Part shown: piece by piece, positions 1 through 13,586 of the stretch
How the letters are laid out: each line of letters opens with the position of its first letter
How positions within the stretch are numbered: position 1 is the stretch's first letter
Assembly: GCA_009103225.1 (NCBI GenBank)
Contig: RHPI01001116.1
Coordinates: 317,380-381,379 of the forward strand
Length of the DNA stretch: 64,000 bases
Direction: 5' to 3'
From: Chlorokybus atmophyticus
Lineage: Eukaryota; Plantae; Mesostigma and Chlorokybus algae
Program-made: the position numbers and the translations under genes
The notes under the pieces: generated by a model
The model's input: the letters and a program-made list of their open reading frames with translations, nothing else
Databases searched by the model: none
What the model was told of the DNA's origin: nothing

Positions 1-63
1 CCAACACGCGACCGCCGCCGCCGCCACCGAGGACGGGGACGCCACCCAGCTCGGGGACGCCAT
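1..63 (-). CDS. 5' end of a gene running off the left edge; Ala/Ser-rich transit-peptide-like N-terminus
   Basis: ATG at 63 gives MASPSWVASPSSVAAAAVACW in a CpG/GCC-rich segment like other first exons in the window; product not identifiable. Confidence 0.45.
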   Translation of the reverse strand, partial: MASPSWVASPSSVAAAAVACW

Positions 64-1218
64 CGCCAACACCCAACGCGGCACAAGCACTCACTGCGGC
101 GAATTGTGGGTTAGTTTGGGTAGCTGTTTCCTTCCTTGCGGCTGCGATTAGTGTATTTTAGGCGTTGAGAGTTGTGGCGGCGTGCGTGCCTTGTGCACGT
201 TTGTGATGATGCCTGAGTGGGCCAGCCACCAACTTTTTTCAGCACCATTTATTTGTAGGTTTCACAGTCACAATGTAGTTTATTCTTATTGTAGGCATCA
301 TTGCACATTGTTTTGTTGATAGCACTGTATAGGTCAAGCCGTGGATTCACGGTGCCAGTTCCATGTACTATATTGGCTGTGAGAAGAGTTGTGTATTCTC
401 TGCTGCTCTCGTGTAAATCCAAAACGAACCAAGGCTTGCGGCCCTGTGTTGTCATGATACAAACAGAAGGTAATTCAGTGATTCCCTGTTGGCATACACA
501 CAACTTTGCTGCGAGAGCATGTCATGCTTCCTTGTTGAGACACACCTGCACACATGAACTGCGCTGTGTACTGTGCACTTTGTGTCAGATCCAATGGCAA
601 TTGGCACAGCTTGCTGAACTTGATGCAATATATCAAACACAATCCGTCAACAGCTGCCCATGCTATGCTATGATTAATGCATGCGCAATGTAGGATTGTA
701 AGTTGAGGCAATGCTGAAACATGTCATCGCTGTGCCAGAAAGCTTTACAATTAAGTAATCAATATATGACCTTGCTGCTAAGCACGGTATCCATTTATCC
801 CTTTGCCACACTGCAGGCATAATGGAAATAGGACAATTGTGATGTGCTCAGGCTGCAGTTTCTGGCACCTTTGCACATGATGAGGTGCATACAATCCAGA
901 ACCAATCAGCGACAACAGTGTTGCTAAGCTAATCAAAGCTGCACCCCCTGCGCACCCTGGTCCCTTTGTACTTCGCGTTTACATGTGGCGCATGGAAAGC
1001 TTGCGTGAAACATACAATTCATTGCAGCCCTTGCGTACTGGACTCTTGCATCCAATTTTGTGCGATTTGCACGACGGGCCATAAACACAGCCCACAGACT
1101 GCAGCGCAAAAGCCTCTACCAATCAAGCTCTACAACAACGATCGTCATACACATCATCATCCCGCATCCCCTACTCTACGCGTGCCCCCACCCATGTGCA
1201 AAGCGCGCCACCCAAGCA

Positions 1219-3744
1219 CTACACCCGTTTGATAATCTGCACCACATCCTCATCTTCCAGAATGTGCTCCCTTCCCACCCTCTGCGGGTTGTGCTTGACG
1301 CTGGATCCCCACACGAGGGCGTACTTGAACTCTTTCAGTATACCCTTGTGGATGCGGTTGCAGAAGTCCTCAACGGAGCGGTGCATCTTGGGGATGATGA
1401 CAGGGTCATCGTAGTCCGGGTTAAGGCCCTTAGGCTTGGTGTACAAGCGCACGAGGTCAAGGTATTCCCAAATCTTCTCAAGCAGACCGTCCAGGTTCCA
1501 CTCCTTGTGCGCGCTGACCGGACAGTAGTGAGGCATCCTGTCCATCAACTCCAGCTCTTCAAGCGTGATCTGATCAATCTGCGCGCCCCCAACATGTTAG
1601 TGCAATGGCGACTGGATCCAGACTAACCAAATAAAACCACGTGTTTAGGTAGATTGGTACTGCATGACCATAGAGTATTGCAATGCATAGTAAGCACGAC
1701 GCTAGACACACGCAGATAATAGCTGTATGATGCTACAACGGTGGTAACGACACCACAACACGCACCTTATTGCAGACATATATGCACGGCATGTATATTC
1801 GGTTGCCCTCAATGACATCAATGAGCTCGTCCACTGACGCATCATACTTCACATTGATCTCCGCATTATGAATCTTGTACTCATGGCACACAGACTTGAC
1901 CGTCTCCAAGTCAAGCTGCCCATCCTTCACACTGCTGACCAAGCTGATGCCTCCCTTATCTTTTTTCCGGAATGACAGATTTGGTGGCGACTGATTCAAC
2001 CTGTGCAATACATCACATGTCAACTCCCGCAGGGACAACTTGACATTGAGATGAAGCATGTTGACACGCAGCGACAACAACAACCGCTACATGTAAGCAT
2101 GGATCAACCAACGACAGGACATGTGGTACACTTGTGATTGATGCCAACACTTGAGATGCTGATGACAGCATACGTACCTGATACCAAACCCTTCCAGCTC
2201 CTTTTCGATGAGCCGCTTGTGCGTGATGGGCTTAAGCGCATCCAGCACAATCAAGATACAATCACACGTGCGTGCCACACCAATGACCTGCAATACACAG
2301 TTGACGCACTCTCACCCTGACGCTCCCCATGAACACGTAACTTCACATGCAAGCTGAAGACATCTCCCAACAGAGCAATGACAAGTGGTGGTAGAAAGGC
2401 TGACCTGTCGTCCTCGACCCTTGCCATCCTTTGCACCCTCGATGATTCCCGGCAAGTCCAGCAGCTGAATCTTGGCCCCTCGGTAGCGAATGACTCCGGG
2501 CACGCACGTGAGAGTCGTGAACTCGTACGCTGCGACCTGTGAGTACCAGCAAGTGAGGTTGAAACTGTTGTTGTGAATGTTGCAAACAAAAAGTGAAATT
2601 TGTGGTTTGTTTCATGTAGGCACACGATACGCACTACAGAGCATTAGGTTTGCCCAGCAGAGCACAAATGTGGCCAATCCCTGTAGCACACCAGCGAAAG
2701 GGCCAGCGCATTGCTAGACTTGCTGCCTTATTAGGGCGTGCTGAACCAAGTGAACACAAAAACCAAGCAACTGTCAGGATAAAACACAGCTGGCACAGAC
2801 ATCGATGTACAAATCGTCTTCCGTCCTGTCGACTGTGCTGCGAACGGTAGCTGAGGCATGGTTTGCTTTGCAAGCAAGTCTTGCAGGAGCAAACATGCAA
2901 AATTATTGTCCCGCCCTCCAGCATTTCACTGATGATACTGCTTGACCAACAACTAACAACCAACAGCGTGCTATCTCACCTCAGAGAAGGTCCCCGTGAG
3001 CTTATTCAGCAGTGTGCTTTTCCCAACAGAAGGGAACCCCACGAGGCCAACCCTTGAGTCACCCGTAGCCCGCACGTCAAACCCCGCCTCACCACCCCCA
3101 CCCCCGCCCTTTGTTGGTGCCAAAATCTCTCGCCGAAGCTTTGCCAACTTGGCCTGAGAAAGCGCGCAGCAAAGTCAGACATTTCATCACCATGAGTGTA
3201 TGTACATGTGTCATACAACAAGACCAATGTGTTTGATGACAGCAAAGCAACGCCAGAGACAGGGGTGCTCAAAGATCTTCCGCAACGTGACGATTGAATA
3301 CCGAATTACACACAACAAGACTGGACAGTTCATTCAACGCTAACAAGGGTGAGCTCAAGAAATGCAAGTCTATAATTCTATGATTCTATAAGCCTTGCTA
3401 ATTGTTGCAATCAGCAATATCAACTGTACTTGTATTCCCGCGCATGACATGCAGAGGTCACGTGTGGACGCACAGGAAGTCAACGCCAGCCAAGCATGAA
3501 AGACAACGTACAACCGAAGCCGTGAACAGTCACAACCTCACCTTCAGCAGGCCCAGATGGTGCGAGGTAGCTTTATTCTTCTGCGTTTTCGCCATCTGCA
3601 AGATTGCGCATGCACGTGTCAGGCACACTGTTGATGGGCACACACACATGCATACGTCAACAGATCCAACAGCCAAGTATACAGGCTGAGACTAAAGCTC
3701 ACCTCATCTTCAATCTCCTTGATCTTCTGCATGATGGTCGCCAT
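1219..3744 (-). CDS. DRG1: Developmentally regulated GTP-binding protein, DRG1-type (OBG family, TGS domain), multi-exon
   Basis: Stitched exons: [14 protein letters not shown] / [18 protein letters not shown] / AKLAKLRRE...[28 protein letters not shown] (G1) / [23 protein letters not shown] (G3) / [11 protein letters not shown] (G4) / ...[15 protein letters not shown]; GT-AG boundaries keep the frame. Confidence 0.96.
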
Positions 3745-4252
3745 CTTGGCGGAGACTGTGTGCTACACTTCAGCACTACTGCTACAGTCTCAAGCTAACC
3801 AAACAAACACTATGCTTCCACTGCCAAAGTGATGCTGCAACTCGCGTCTCAGGCGCCAACCATAGCAAGCGCAGCACAGCCCTGTGCTAGCGCCTTGGCG
3901 ACGCCAAGCAAGAGAAGGCAGGCTACCCTGAGTGCTTGGGTTTCGCTTCGACACTGGATATAACACCAGGCCAGCAGAATACAGCTGCCTGTCCCCCTCC
4001 CTGTAGCTTAACGATCCAACGGCAGCGACGTCCAGCACACCACCGCTGCTGCCGCCGCCGTCGACACTGCCGCCGCCGCCGTTGTACCTGGTTCAACCTT
4101 AACAAACCAACAGGGCTGCTGCCAAACCTTGTGATTAGGTTGATATCAGCTAGACAACGCCGCTAACATACATGTTATCCAAGTCTTTCCAGTTAGTGGA
4201 AGCTTTGAGCCCGTTTGTAAGTCACACTTTTAACTCCTCATCAGTGTTAGGA

Positions 4253-4261
4253 TTAGGGTTT
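4253..4261 (+). promoter_or_regulatory. Telo-box (TTAGGGTTT = AAACCCTAA reverse complement) in the DRG1/PCK-like divergent promoter region
   Basis: Exact motif ~90 bp upstream of ATG 4343; the same motif recurs near other gene starts. Confidence 0.55.
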
Positions 4262-4342
4262 GTGGCCTGATCAGGCCGAGCTCGGCAGTGCCTGGAGTGG
4301 GCGGGCGGCCTGGTGGGGGCCGCCGGCGTCGTCGACGCCAAG

Positions 4343-6877
4343 ATGCTGCGGCTGGGGGTCGCGGGCGTGGCACGGCGGGCTGCTGGGCGGCAAGTTGAGC
4401 GGGTGATCCAGGTACGTGTCTGCCATGGTGAAAGTAATGCAGCAGGGAAATGGTCCATTGGTATCAAATGAAAGCGTCTCTTCCCTACGCGCAGCGATGT
4501 ATGAGTGGTACGGCAGCAGCTGAAGCGGAGGGAACGCACAATGGCAAACTATTCCCACGGTACCGGCATGGATGCATGCAGTCTGCCCTATGCAGCGTGT
4601 GAAATTGTGAGATGCATGACATGCATGCCTATAGATGTGTTAATACAACTAGGTTACAGCCACATTACAATACGTCGCTTCTCTCTTCTGGTGTTGGCAG
4701 AATAGGCACAACGTACACAATGACATTTGGTTGGGGTGTTGCAGGACAGGCCCAGGTGTGGACTACTCCTTGAACTGGGCTCTGGCAGCTGTTGGCATCC
4801 CGCCAACAGGCCAGGCTTTCCGAAATTTAAAGCCAGACAAGCTGCAAGAGCACGGTGCTGCTGACAAAGGTGTGCAGCAGCAGCGGCAGCAGCAGCATGC
4901 TATAACTCACTACTCGTCACTCGTGGCTCTCTTTGTTGTCGTTGTTGCAATGCCCACATTGGCTGTGCCCGCAACATAAAGTATTGGCGTGTAGCGAGGT
5001 GAGGTGCTTATTTGTGCTTGCACCAGCTGGCCCGGCTCCATCTGAGCTGTATGTTGAAGGAGCCACTGACGGCGCAAAGTCCATAACAAAGGCACAGTTT
5101 ACTAGGTTGTCAAAAGAGGTAAGTGCTGTGCTTGCCATGCTTTAGCTAGACTGCATGTGTGGTTGTGCTTCTCAGCTTCAACTTGGTTGGGCTCTAGGTG
5201 GCTGCTTACCTATCTGGAGCGTCCAAACTCTATGTGCACGATGGCGCAGTTGGCTCATCTGAAAAGTCTGCAGTCGCGGTATGAACGTCGTGACTAGTTG
5301 CATATTCAGTACTGAATGTTCCATGCTTATGCTGCTGTGTACAACGGCAACCGCTTCTCCCAATCAGTGACCAATCTCAAAGTTTGCATCAGGTGCGCTC
5401 AGTTTCAGACTCTCCAACAGGAGCAATGTCAGTAAGGGAGTTGCTTACACCCACGCCACTCACCAAAAAGTCTGCAGTGGACTTCCCATTGAGGCTACTG
5501 CTGGCGTCATCTTATAAGTAAGTTGTATACGTAAGTGAGTGCTGACTTATGCACGTGCAGCCGGCTGCATCGTGTTCAAGTTCCGAGTCTCATTTGTCAG
5601 CTTTGGACCCACTTTGGATGTATACGTTCAGGAGCAGCGCACCTAGCAAGCATGGTTTGGAGTCGTCATCAGGATTTGTTGCTGCTAGCATTGAGCGGGC
5701 CGCCGTGATTGTCGCAGGTGACCCTGGCACATGTTGTATTAGCATGCAGCCACACATAGCGCAGGCAGTACATTGGTTTCTCACCTACTGCATTGTGTGG
5801 ATTAGGCAGTGCATGCAGTAACAATGCCTGCTGAAGTGCTTTCGTTGGACTACAGGTAATGCGGTTGGACCGGCTGTTCAGGCTGCCATTGCAGCAGTAG
5901 CGGCACCTCACCTGTTGCAAACCGGCGCGCTTCCCCTGTTTGCCGCGTAAGCTGTTACTTGGCGCTTGCGAGTTAGGCCATGTTGTGCCAGATTCGTCAT
6001 TTCATTTTTTCAACGCGTGATTGTGCTTCAGAATTGTCAATGGAGGGGAGAGCACCGCATTGGTTTTGGGCTCGGCAGATGTGCTGTCAAAACTAGAGTC
6101 AGCTACAAGCTCTCCCGGCCTTATATGGTCCAGCGATGGCGTTGCCCGGATGTTCGGCAGTTCCTCCAGTCTGCCCAACTTGATGAAGCACCCAGATGCT
6201 GTTGTCGTCGCTTTTCATGATAGGTATAGCCAGCAGTTGCGGCAAGTCAATTGAGCCTCATTGGTCGCATGTGCAGCTTTTCGTGTGTGCTGACACTGTC
6301 TCCGGCATGCAGCTCTGGGGTTGTGCCTCCCGTGCACAAGGTCTCGTCCTCAAGCGCAGCTTATGCATTCTTGGCGGGATCCACTGACAAAGGCTTTGCA
6401 CCAGCATACGCTCCGCTGCCGCTGGGCGATGCGGTCCCACTCGCGCAAAAACTCAAGTCACTGGTGTGCACGCATACACACGCGCAGCCACAGCCACAGC
6501 CATCACACGCTCTTCACTGTCTCACACAATACACGTCTTGAAGGTAACTGACCCTGGGTCTTGTCTTCCAGATTGATGAGACTAAAGCTGCCGCCTATGT
6601 TGCCAACCCCGCTGATAGCAACATTGCGGATTTGGTGGCATCTGCACTTGCGGGCAAGAACAAGAAGGGCACGAAGAAGGCAGCGCAAGAAGGAGCTGAA
6701 GGTATAGCCGTGTGCTTGACGTGTCTTTGGGTAGGCTCTCGTGCATGTAATCTGATGTGCCAACCACTTGTGTTGGCTGTGTGTGCAGGCGACAGTCTGA
6801 AGGACAGGTTGAAAAAGTTCATGGCTGAGAAGTATCCGGATCTACCGCAGGAGCTGGCTGACGGCGCAGTTCTTTAG
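4343..6877 (+). CDS. PEP-carboxykinase-fold protein with degenerate active site, mitochondrial-type presequence (resembles a plant uncharacterised family)
   Basis: Arg-rich N-terminus MLRLGVAGVARRAAGRQVER; exons DYSLNWALAAVG..QAFRNLK, ITKAQFTRLSKE, VRSVSDSPT, GFVAASIERAAVIVAG, WSSDGVARMF, VVPPVHKVSSSSAAYAFLAG (cf. PEPCK VLPPVSRLT..YHFLSG), ..KYPDLPQEL..*; recognised from memory, not from a search. Confidence 0.65.
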
Positions 6878-7382
6878 GCATACCAATTGTTAGCAAATAT
6901 GAGTATTTTGGAAAGGTTTTTGGTTGCCAACTTGTAATGTTGGCAATTAAAACCAGCCCAAGACCTGCATTGGTTTGCTTGGTTTTGGTTATGGTTGGTT
7001 TGTTGCTGCACTGTTTTGGTTGTGTCTGTGAACAATGTGGTTCATCAATATGCGCGGTGTGCACACCGCCACAGCACTGATCAACCAGATGCTACCGATC
7101 TGATTCTGCGATTGTGAATAGCAACTTACTTGCACAGCGACTTCTGCTACAAGGGCTGGCCGCTAACCACAGCCACTGTGCAGGTGACTACCACAGCCGT
7201 TGATGAACAAAATGTTGTCATACATGCATAATCAATAGTGCGGGCGATAGGAGTAAGAGTAGAGTAGACAGTAGAGTGAGCCCCGGTGGTTGCATTGAGG
7301 TGCGTGTGGCATGCTGCATGGGATGCATGGCGTTGAAATGCATGCTTTTCACATTAAAAGCATGCTTTTCAGCTTTTTTAGG

Positions 7383-7580
7383 TCAAAACAGCTGAAACAG
7401 CTTCGTGCTTATCCTGCACACGCATATGAGCAGCACCACATGCCACATGAGATTGTCGTCACGGATATAGACGAGCAACACTGACAACACAGACAGCGAA
7501 CACCGGCGGGCAGAGACGGAGAGGAGGGAGTCCTGCATGCTGATGCTGTTGTCGTCCATGCCATGGCCAACGACGATTGA
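7383..7580 (-). CDS. Possible orphan coding exon of an unknown hydrophobic protein (or recent pseudogene)
   Basis: Frame IVVGHGMDDNSISMQDSLLSVSARRCSLSVLSVLLVYIRDDNLMWHVVLLI has strongly C/G-ending codons; no homolog recognised and no secure start. Confidence 0.25.
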   Translation of the reverse strand, partial: SIVVGHGMDDNSISMQDSLLSVSARRCSLSVLSVLLVYIRDDNLMWHVVLLICVCRISTKLFQLF

Positions 7581-8325
7581 CACTAGCCCGTGTGGGCAGG
7601 TAATGAGGACTGCATGCATGCTTGCATGTCCAGCGTGGTGGTAGTGTTAATTGTGACACACTAGTATGCAACATCGTCACACCAAGCTACGTACTGTCAT
7701 CCCTGCCTATCACTGCACAAGCATACTCACACGCATGCCAGCGGCAAGCACGCCTACACAACTACATTGCCGCAGCCGCCAGCACAGCGTCGTGTTAATG
7801 TGTTAATGGTCGTTCAGGTAAAGTAGAGTAGAGCCCAGTGGTGAACATACTAATGGTGATGGTTGCCCGCATGCTGTGTAATCGCACTCCTTGCATGTTC
7901 TATGCATGAGCCATTGCACACCACATTGTATGCACCGGTCTTCAACACATATGGGAGAGTACCACATAGCGCGCACCATATGCGTGCCGACTGCGAGGTA
8001 GGAGATACTGCACACGCAAACTGATAGTGAACACTGTACTGATGTTCAGCGCTTGCTCACTTATTGACACACGTGCCATTGCACCAATCACCACGAACGA
8101 ACAGATTCCGATGGCATATGACCAGCATAGGGTATAGCCCAGCATAGCGCATTGGACTCGATGGCCGCTTGAGCATTATCTGCTGTACTTGATGTGCACG
8201 TGCTGTTTGCGAGCAAGGTAGTAGCTGCTCTTTGCGTTGCTGTTTGTGCACTTGCAATACAAATCGTTATTGGTGCAGTAGCAATTGTCATTGGGCGGTG
8301 TTGGTCTTGGGAACAAGTGGGCCGT

Positions 8326-8503
<178 letters not shown>

Positions 8504-8633
8504 GCAATGGCAATGGCAACGGCAGTGGTTGTGCTACTGTGTGTAGCACAGCATCATAGGGCGGGCGGCGGTGCGTCAGCGCCTGGGCGGCGGCGGCGTC
8601 TTCGGCGAAGGCGCGGTCGGCGTGTCTGCAGCC

Positions 8634-11026
8634 ATGCGGGGGCAGTCGCTGGTCGGGGTTGGGCCTGGCAATGGCGGGGTCGGTGGGGGTGCTGCGCCCG
8701 CCGGGCAGTTCTCTGAGCTCGGTAAGCGAGAGTTACACAGCCGTAGATAGACAGCTGGCAGTGGAGTGGCCGAATCGCACGTTGTTTCCACGTGTTTGAC
8801 AGCATGAAGAGCATCATAAACCCTGCCGCGTTGCTGCCATGGGCTTTTCGGCTTGCTCATGCACTACACTCAGCAGCATGTGTCGTATTTTCATAAATTT
8901 TGCTGATAGACTGCACAGTTATGTCAGTGTGTATTTACATTGATGTTTGCATGAATTCACCACGTGGGGTCAGCTTTGTCAACTTTTCCTTAAATAATTC
9001 TAGGCTTTGCAAAAGTAACAATGGACGTCTAAGCATGCTTGCACCTCCATTTTCCAACAACAGTCCTTGATATGGTCTTCTATGGTGCTGATGCTTCTAT
9101 GTCCATGCTGCACTTGACTTGTTTATGCTATGTGCATTGTGCGCACTCGCACTGCGTGTACACAAGCAGGAATTCATATCAACTCCTCTTGCGTTCGTGA
9201 CTCATACGCGTGTGTGGACTTGTTATGTGCCAGACGACAGCGGAGAGCGGGTCAGCTGGGTGCGCCTGGGCCGCAAGCATGCGCTGGACTGGGCGCTCGT
9301 CGGCGTTATGGTTGCTGCTCTCGCCCTCACGCAGGTTGGAGGAGTTGTAGCTGAAGCACATTATATTTAGTGGATTGTGTAGGCGTTTGCATTGCGTTGT
9401 GCATGCATGCGCACCTGCGTGTGTGCATGTTTGCGTATGCGCGCGAGCAAATCAAGTAAAATACGGCCATGGGAGTGCAGTTCACGCCCGTGTTTGAGAG
9501 CATCATCCTACCCGAAGACATGTACAAGTACAAGTACCCGCTTCTGCCCAACACCATCCCAAGCGCCTTCGTGCCAGTAAGAAGCAGTCCTGGTGTTGAG
9601 CTTTCCGTGTGTATGCATGTACTGTATACGTCACGGCAGTGTAACGCACACAACACAGTGTTGCCATGTAGGTGATTGCGTTGGGCGCGCCTGCTGCCGT
9701 GGCTTCCTTGTGGTTCTTGTTTGCCAGGAGCAAGCGTGACCTCCATACAGCTCTACTGAGTAATAGTGTTGTGCTGTGTGTGTGTGTGTGTCTCTGTGTG
9801 TCTGTGCGTGGGTGTGTGGCAGTTGACATGACTGTGTGGTTTGTATGCGCGGCAGCCGCGTGCGTTGCGGTGTTGCTAAATGGTGTCATAACCAACCTAT
9901 TGAAGCAATTGGTCGGCATGCCAAGGCCGGACTTCTACTACCGTTGTTTCCAGGGCATCGATGTGGTGAGCAAAATTGGTTTGTACGTTAACGACCAGTT
10001 ATACTTGTACAGTGCTGAGATGTTTGTGTTGTGTGCACGTATATATGAGGCACGTAGTGCGACACATTTGCACATTGACAAGCATGCGCGCACATGTGCA
10101 GGCACTCACATGTGCGGGCATGTGTGTGCATCTATGGGTGGTATAAACACAGGCATACGCACACACACTTGCACATTTCTCATACGCACGCGACATCTTA
10201 CCTGGTGTCCAGGCGTACACCGAGGACGGCAAGCCTGCTTGCAACGGCCCATCTTTGGTCGTCAAAGAAGGGTACAGAAGCTTCCCCAGCGGCCACGTGT
10301 CATGTAAGCACAACACAAAAACATCGTTTGTTTCTGGCATTCTCACAGGACGCTGCGTTTATTGTCATTGTGTTGAGTTAAACTGACTTTGATGGCGTTG
10401 ACGAAGGGTCCATGACGGGGCTATTCTTGTGCACGCTGTACATTGCGGGCAAGCTGCACGTGTTCAGCAGCGGAGTGGAGAGGAGATTGCCGAGCCTTCT
10501 GGCAGCCTTCTTGCCCTTGCTGGGAGCCCTCATCATCGCGTGCACCAGGATGCAGGTACACGTGCTTGACTGCTCTTGCATACATGCAGCATGACGAGAA
10601 CGAGCTGGGCTGATGTCTACAAGTACATGCGTCTACGCCTGCGTCAATGCACGTGGGTACATGCGTGTGGACACGTATCCATACCCCTGCATGCACTTGC
10701 GCAGCTATGTAGCAGTACGTAGGTATGCGCGTGTGTAAATGTCTGTTAAACGTTGGTGTGTACGTTATGCTGGAGATGCTAACAGAGTGTGTTCGTTTTT
10801 CTTCTTGTTCTCCTTCTAGGATTACTGGCACAGGGCAAACGACGTGTTGGGTGGCGGTGTGTTGGGTTTGCTAGTGCCATATGTGGTGTACCATCAGTAC
10901 TACCCTCCCCTGACGGACGACAAGAGCGACCTTCCTCTCTCTGCTCACAAAGCAGCACAAGACATGATGCCGCTGCGGCAGTATCACGACAACGACATTG
11001 AACGAGCATATAGCGGGGCGATATGA
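8634..11026 (+). CDS. LPP: Lipid phosphate phosphatase (PAP2 family), multi-exon
   Basis: All three PAP2 motifs: C1 [12 protein letters not shown]2 [13 protein letters not shown]3 [13 protein letters not shown]; plant-LPP-like [11 protein letters not shown]; exon 1 MRGQSLV..FSEL joins DDSGERVSW in frame. Confidence 0.92.
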
Positions 11027-12097
11027 TCAGGTGTGATGTTTCGCATTGTCACAGTTGAGTAAACTAGTCATGCGGTACAGTGTAGAGAGGAAGTGTAGTG
11101 CTGGTAGCAGCAGTGTTGTCGCATACCGCACTCCCAAGTTGTGATTGTGGCGCGTAGGATTAGGCTAGGCATGTGGTAGGTGGGTGAGATAGGTTAGGGT
11201 GCCTCTTCTTGACTAGGAGGAGGATTTGGCTTGTGCGTGTGCACAAACAGGTCTGCAGACATAGTTTCAAGAGGATAACTTCAAGAGGATGTCATCCCAT
11301 ACCAGCAGCTGTGGTTTCAATCATCTGTGCAGTGCACTCTCAAGCGGCATGTGCTACACTGCACTATGCGTGTCAGCTGCTCAGTCCAGGGGTGAGTTGA
11401 TAAGCAGATCCCCCGGTGCACACACCATTGTGTGGGAACCGTACAAACTTCTGTTGGGCTGTGCACGTACTGCTGTCGACATTGAGCTTGTAATCTCTGC
11501 CAAGATGATGGGCACATTATGCATTTGGTCTTGCTCTTCGGCTTAGCAAACAGCCGTCAAGGTAAATGCATTGACACGACTACCGCAATGCACACAACAG
11601 CTGCGTCGGATTACAACAACGTGTGGTCCTGTTGGTGACATTTTAACACAACAAGCGTGTGTGAACTTATGTACTGTTGTGTTATGTACTGCTGCAACCA
11701 ACCAAAGACTGTTTTCCATGGCTGCTGATTGGACCACGTCAGCTTGTGAGAGCTCAAGTGCAACTGTCGTTGTGTAGAACAATTGATATGACTAGCTCAT
11801 TGTGAGGCAATAGCACGGCCATTGCACACATCCCTCACAACTGAACAGGGGTATAGAGTGAAATCCAATCTGTGAGACCTTTGACGCAATTTTTCAACAG
11901 TGCTTGCCCTGCATGATGCTGAGCTGGGTGACAGCGCATGCACAACACACATCGCCCTGCAAGCAAGCCAGGCAAATCGTTGTATTGATGCAAAGTCTAA
12001 ACCGTCCCGACAACAAATGCTACATCGCCAGGGCTGAGAGAAGTACAGCCAATCCAGCACTGCTGTTCATGCTCCCTACACCCATCACAGAAGCGGC

Positions 12098-12813
12098 TTA
12101 TAAGCCGAGCTTTGTCCTGCGCCAGTGGCGGCGCTTGGCATTGTACCTGCCATTCAAGGTATATTAGCGCCATGGTGAAATGTAATAATTGCAACGATGA
12201 ACAGCAAACCCCTATGACACAAGCAAAGTCCCAACTTGGTAACTACTGGGATGACTTGCTGATGGAGTATACGTACACGTAGATTGGCAACTGATCACGA
12301 CTGTTAAGATTGGTTCACACAAAGTTGCTATAAGAACAAGTACTCACCGAATGCGGTTGTCAGTCCGCATGCGGATCCACTGCGGGATGGGCCTGTTCTG
12401 CTTCTGCTTCTTGGACAGGATCTTCTTGATCTTGAAGGTCTTGTGCGACGGCTGTGAGCCAAACAACATCGCTCAGACTCACAAAACCACGACTCACTCC
12501 TAATTACTACGCACTTCCACACATACAGATGTGGCAAAACAAAAACACCCCTGCATACTACCCAAAGGCCAGTCAGCTGATTATTAGGGATAAGCAATGC
12601 AGGGGTAGACGCAGGCTCTCAAGTGCCATAAGTCACTGCTGTCAACCAGAAACTCAAACAGAACGGGCTTGCAAAGCGTAAGCATGCTTGCAGGCCCAGC
12701 CCTGGGACGCTCAAAACCCTAACCCTAGCTCACACGCTCCGCAGCAGTCCCGCGCATTCCATCAACCCAAATTCCCACCCAGCCACACAACCTGGACCAG
12801 ATCCCCTTACCAT
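12098..12813 (-). CDS. RPL39: 60S ribosomal protein L39 (eL39); 3 coding exons, the first being the ATG only
   Basis: M / [35 protein letters not shown] / [15 protein letters not shown]. Confidence 0.97.
12714..12728 (-). promoter_or_regulatory. Telo-box (AAACCCTAACCCTAG) in RPL39 intron 1
   Basis: Exact AAACCCTAA; telo-boxes are established elements of plant ribosomal-protein genes. Confidence 0.6.
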
Positions 12814-13167
12814 CTTGACGGCGCGGGCGGCTCCCCTCGCCCCGGGCGACAACGGCGGCGGCGACAACCCCGCGGACAAAGAGACCCACAATGCCGCCGC
12901 CGCCAAGCTCCTAGGGCGGCGCGCCGCGCTGTACAGTCGCTTCAATACCCAAAGTCCAACAAGCGCCGCGGTGTACACGACGGCTTCTTTCGTGAGTGCG
13001 TTTCGCTCGCCGTTACTGGAGCCGTAACTGAAGCCGTCACCGGTGACCCGCGTGACTGAGCCACTGCCACTCTTATGCTCGTATCGAGTGCACGAGAAAT
13101 GTCAATTATCAACCCTCGATGAGAGCATAACCAAGCGAACCAAAAAGTCAGCGTGTGCGCAGCGACG

Positions 13168-13214
13168 CCAGGCCAGGCCAGGCCAGGCCAGGCCAGGCCA
13201 GGCTAGGCTAGGCT
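13168..13214 (+). repeat. (GGCCA)6-(GGCTA)2 pentamer array near the start of the Ser-rich gene
   Basis: Direct reading; a related array occurs inverted at 17774-17810. Confidence 0.85.
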
Positions 13215-13586
13215 GGGGATTGGGCAAGGAGGAGGAGGCGGAGGAGAGAAAGGGGGTAGATGCTGACGGTATGTCATGGCTGCGCACAGCAGCATTCTTT
13301 TTTCCTACAGCGAAAAATATAACGTGTTGGCACGTGTCTGTGTGGGTGTCTGTGACTGTCTGAGTGCATCAGCTGTTTTTCAATGCAGATTGCTTGCACA
13401 CTCACACACGCAAGCACAAGACCGCCTTGTGTGCGTCCGTGCTGGTCGAGGGTCTCTATCATAGCAGCATTCGTCACTATGACGTGATGGTAATGAAGAA
13501 CATCTATCAGTAGCATGATGATCATTGGATTTTTCCCTACGGATTGGCGGTATTGTTACAGCAAACTCAGACGCTCTCTAACACAG

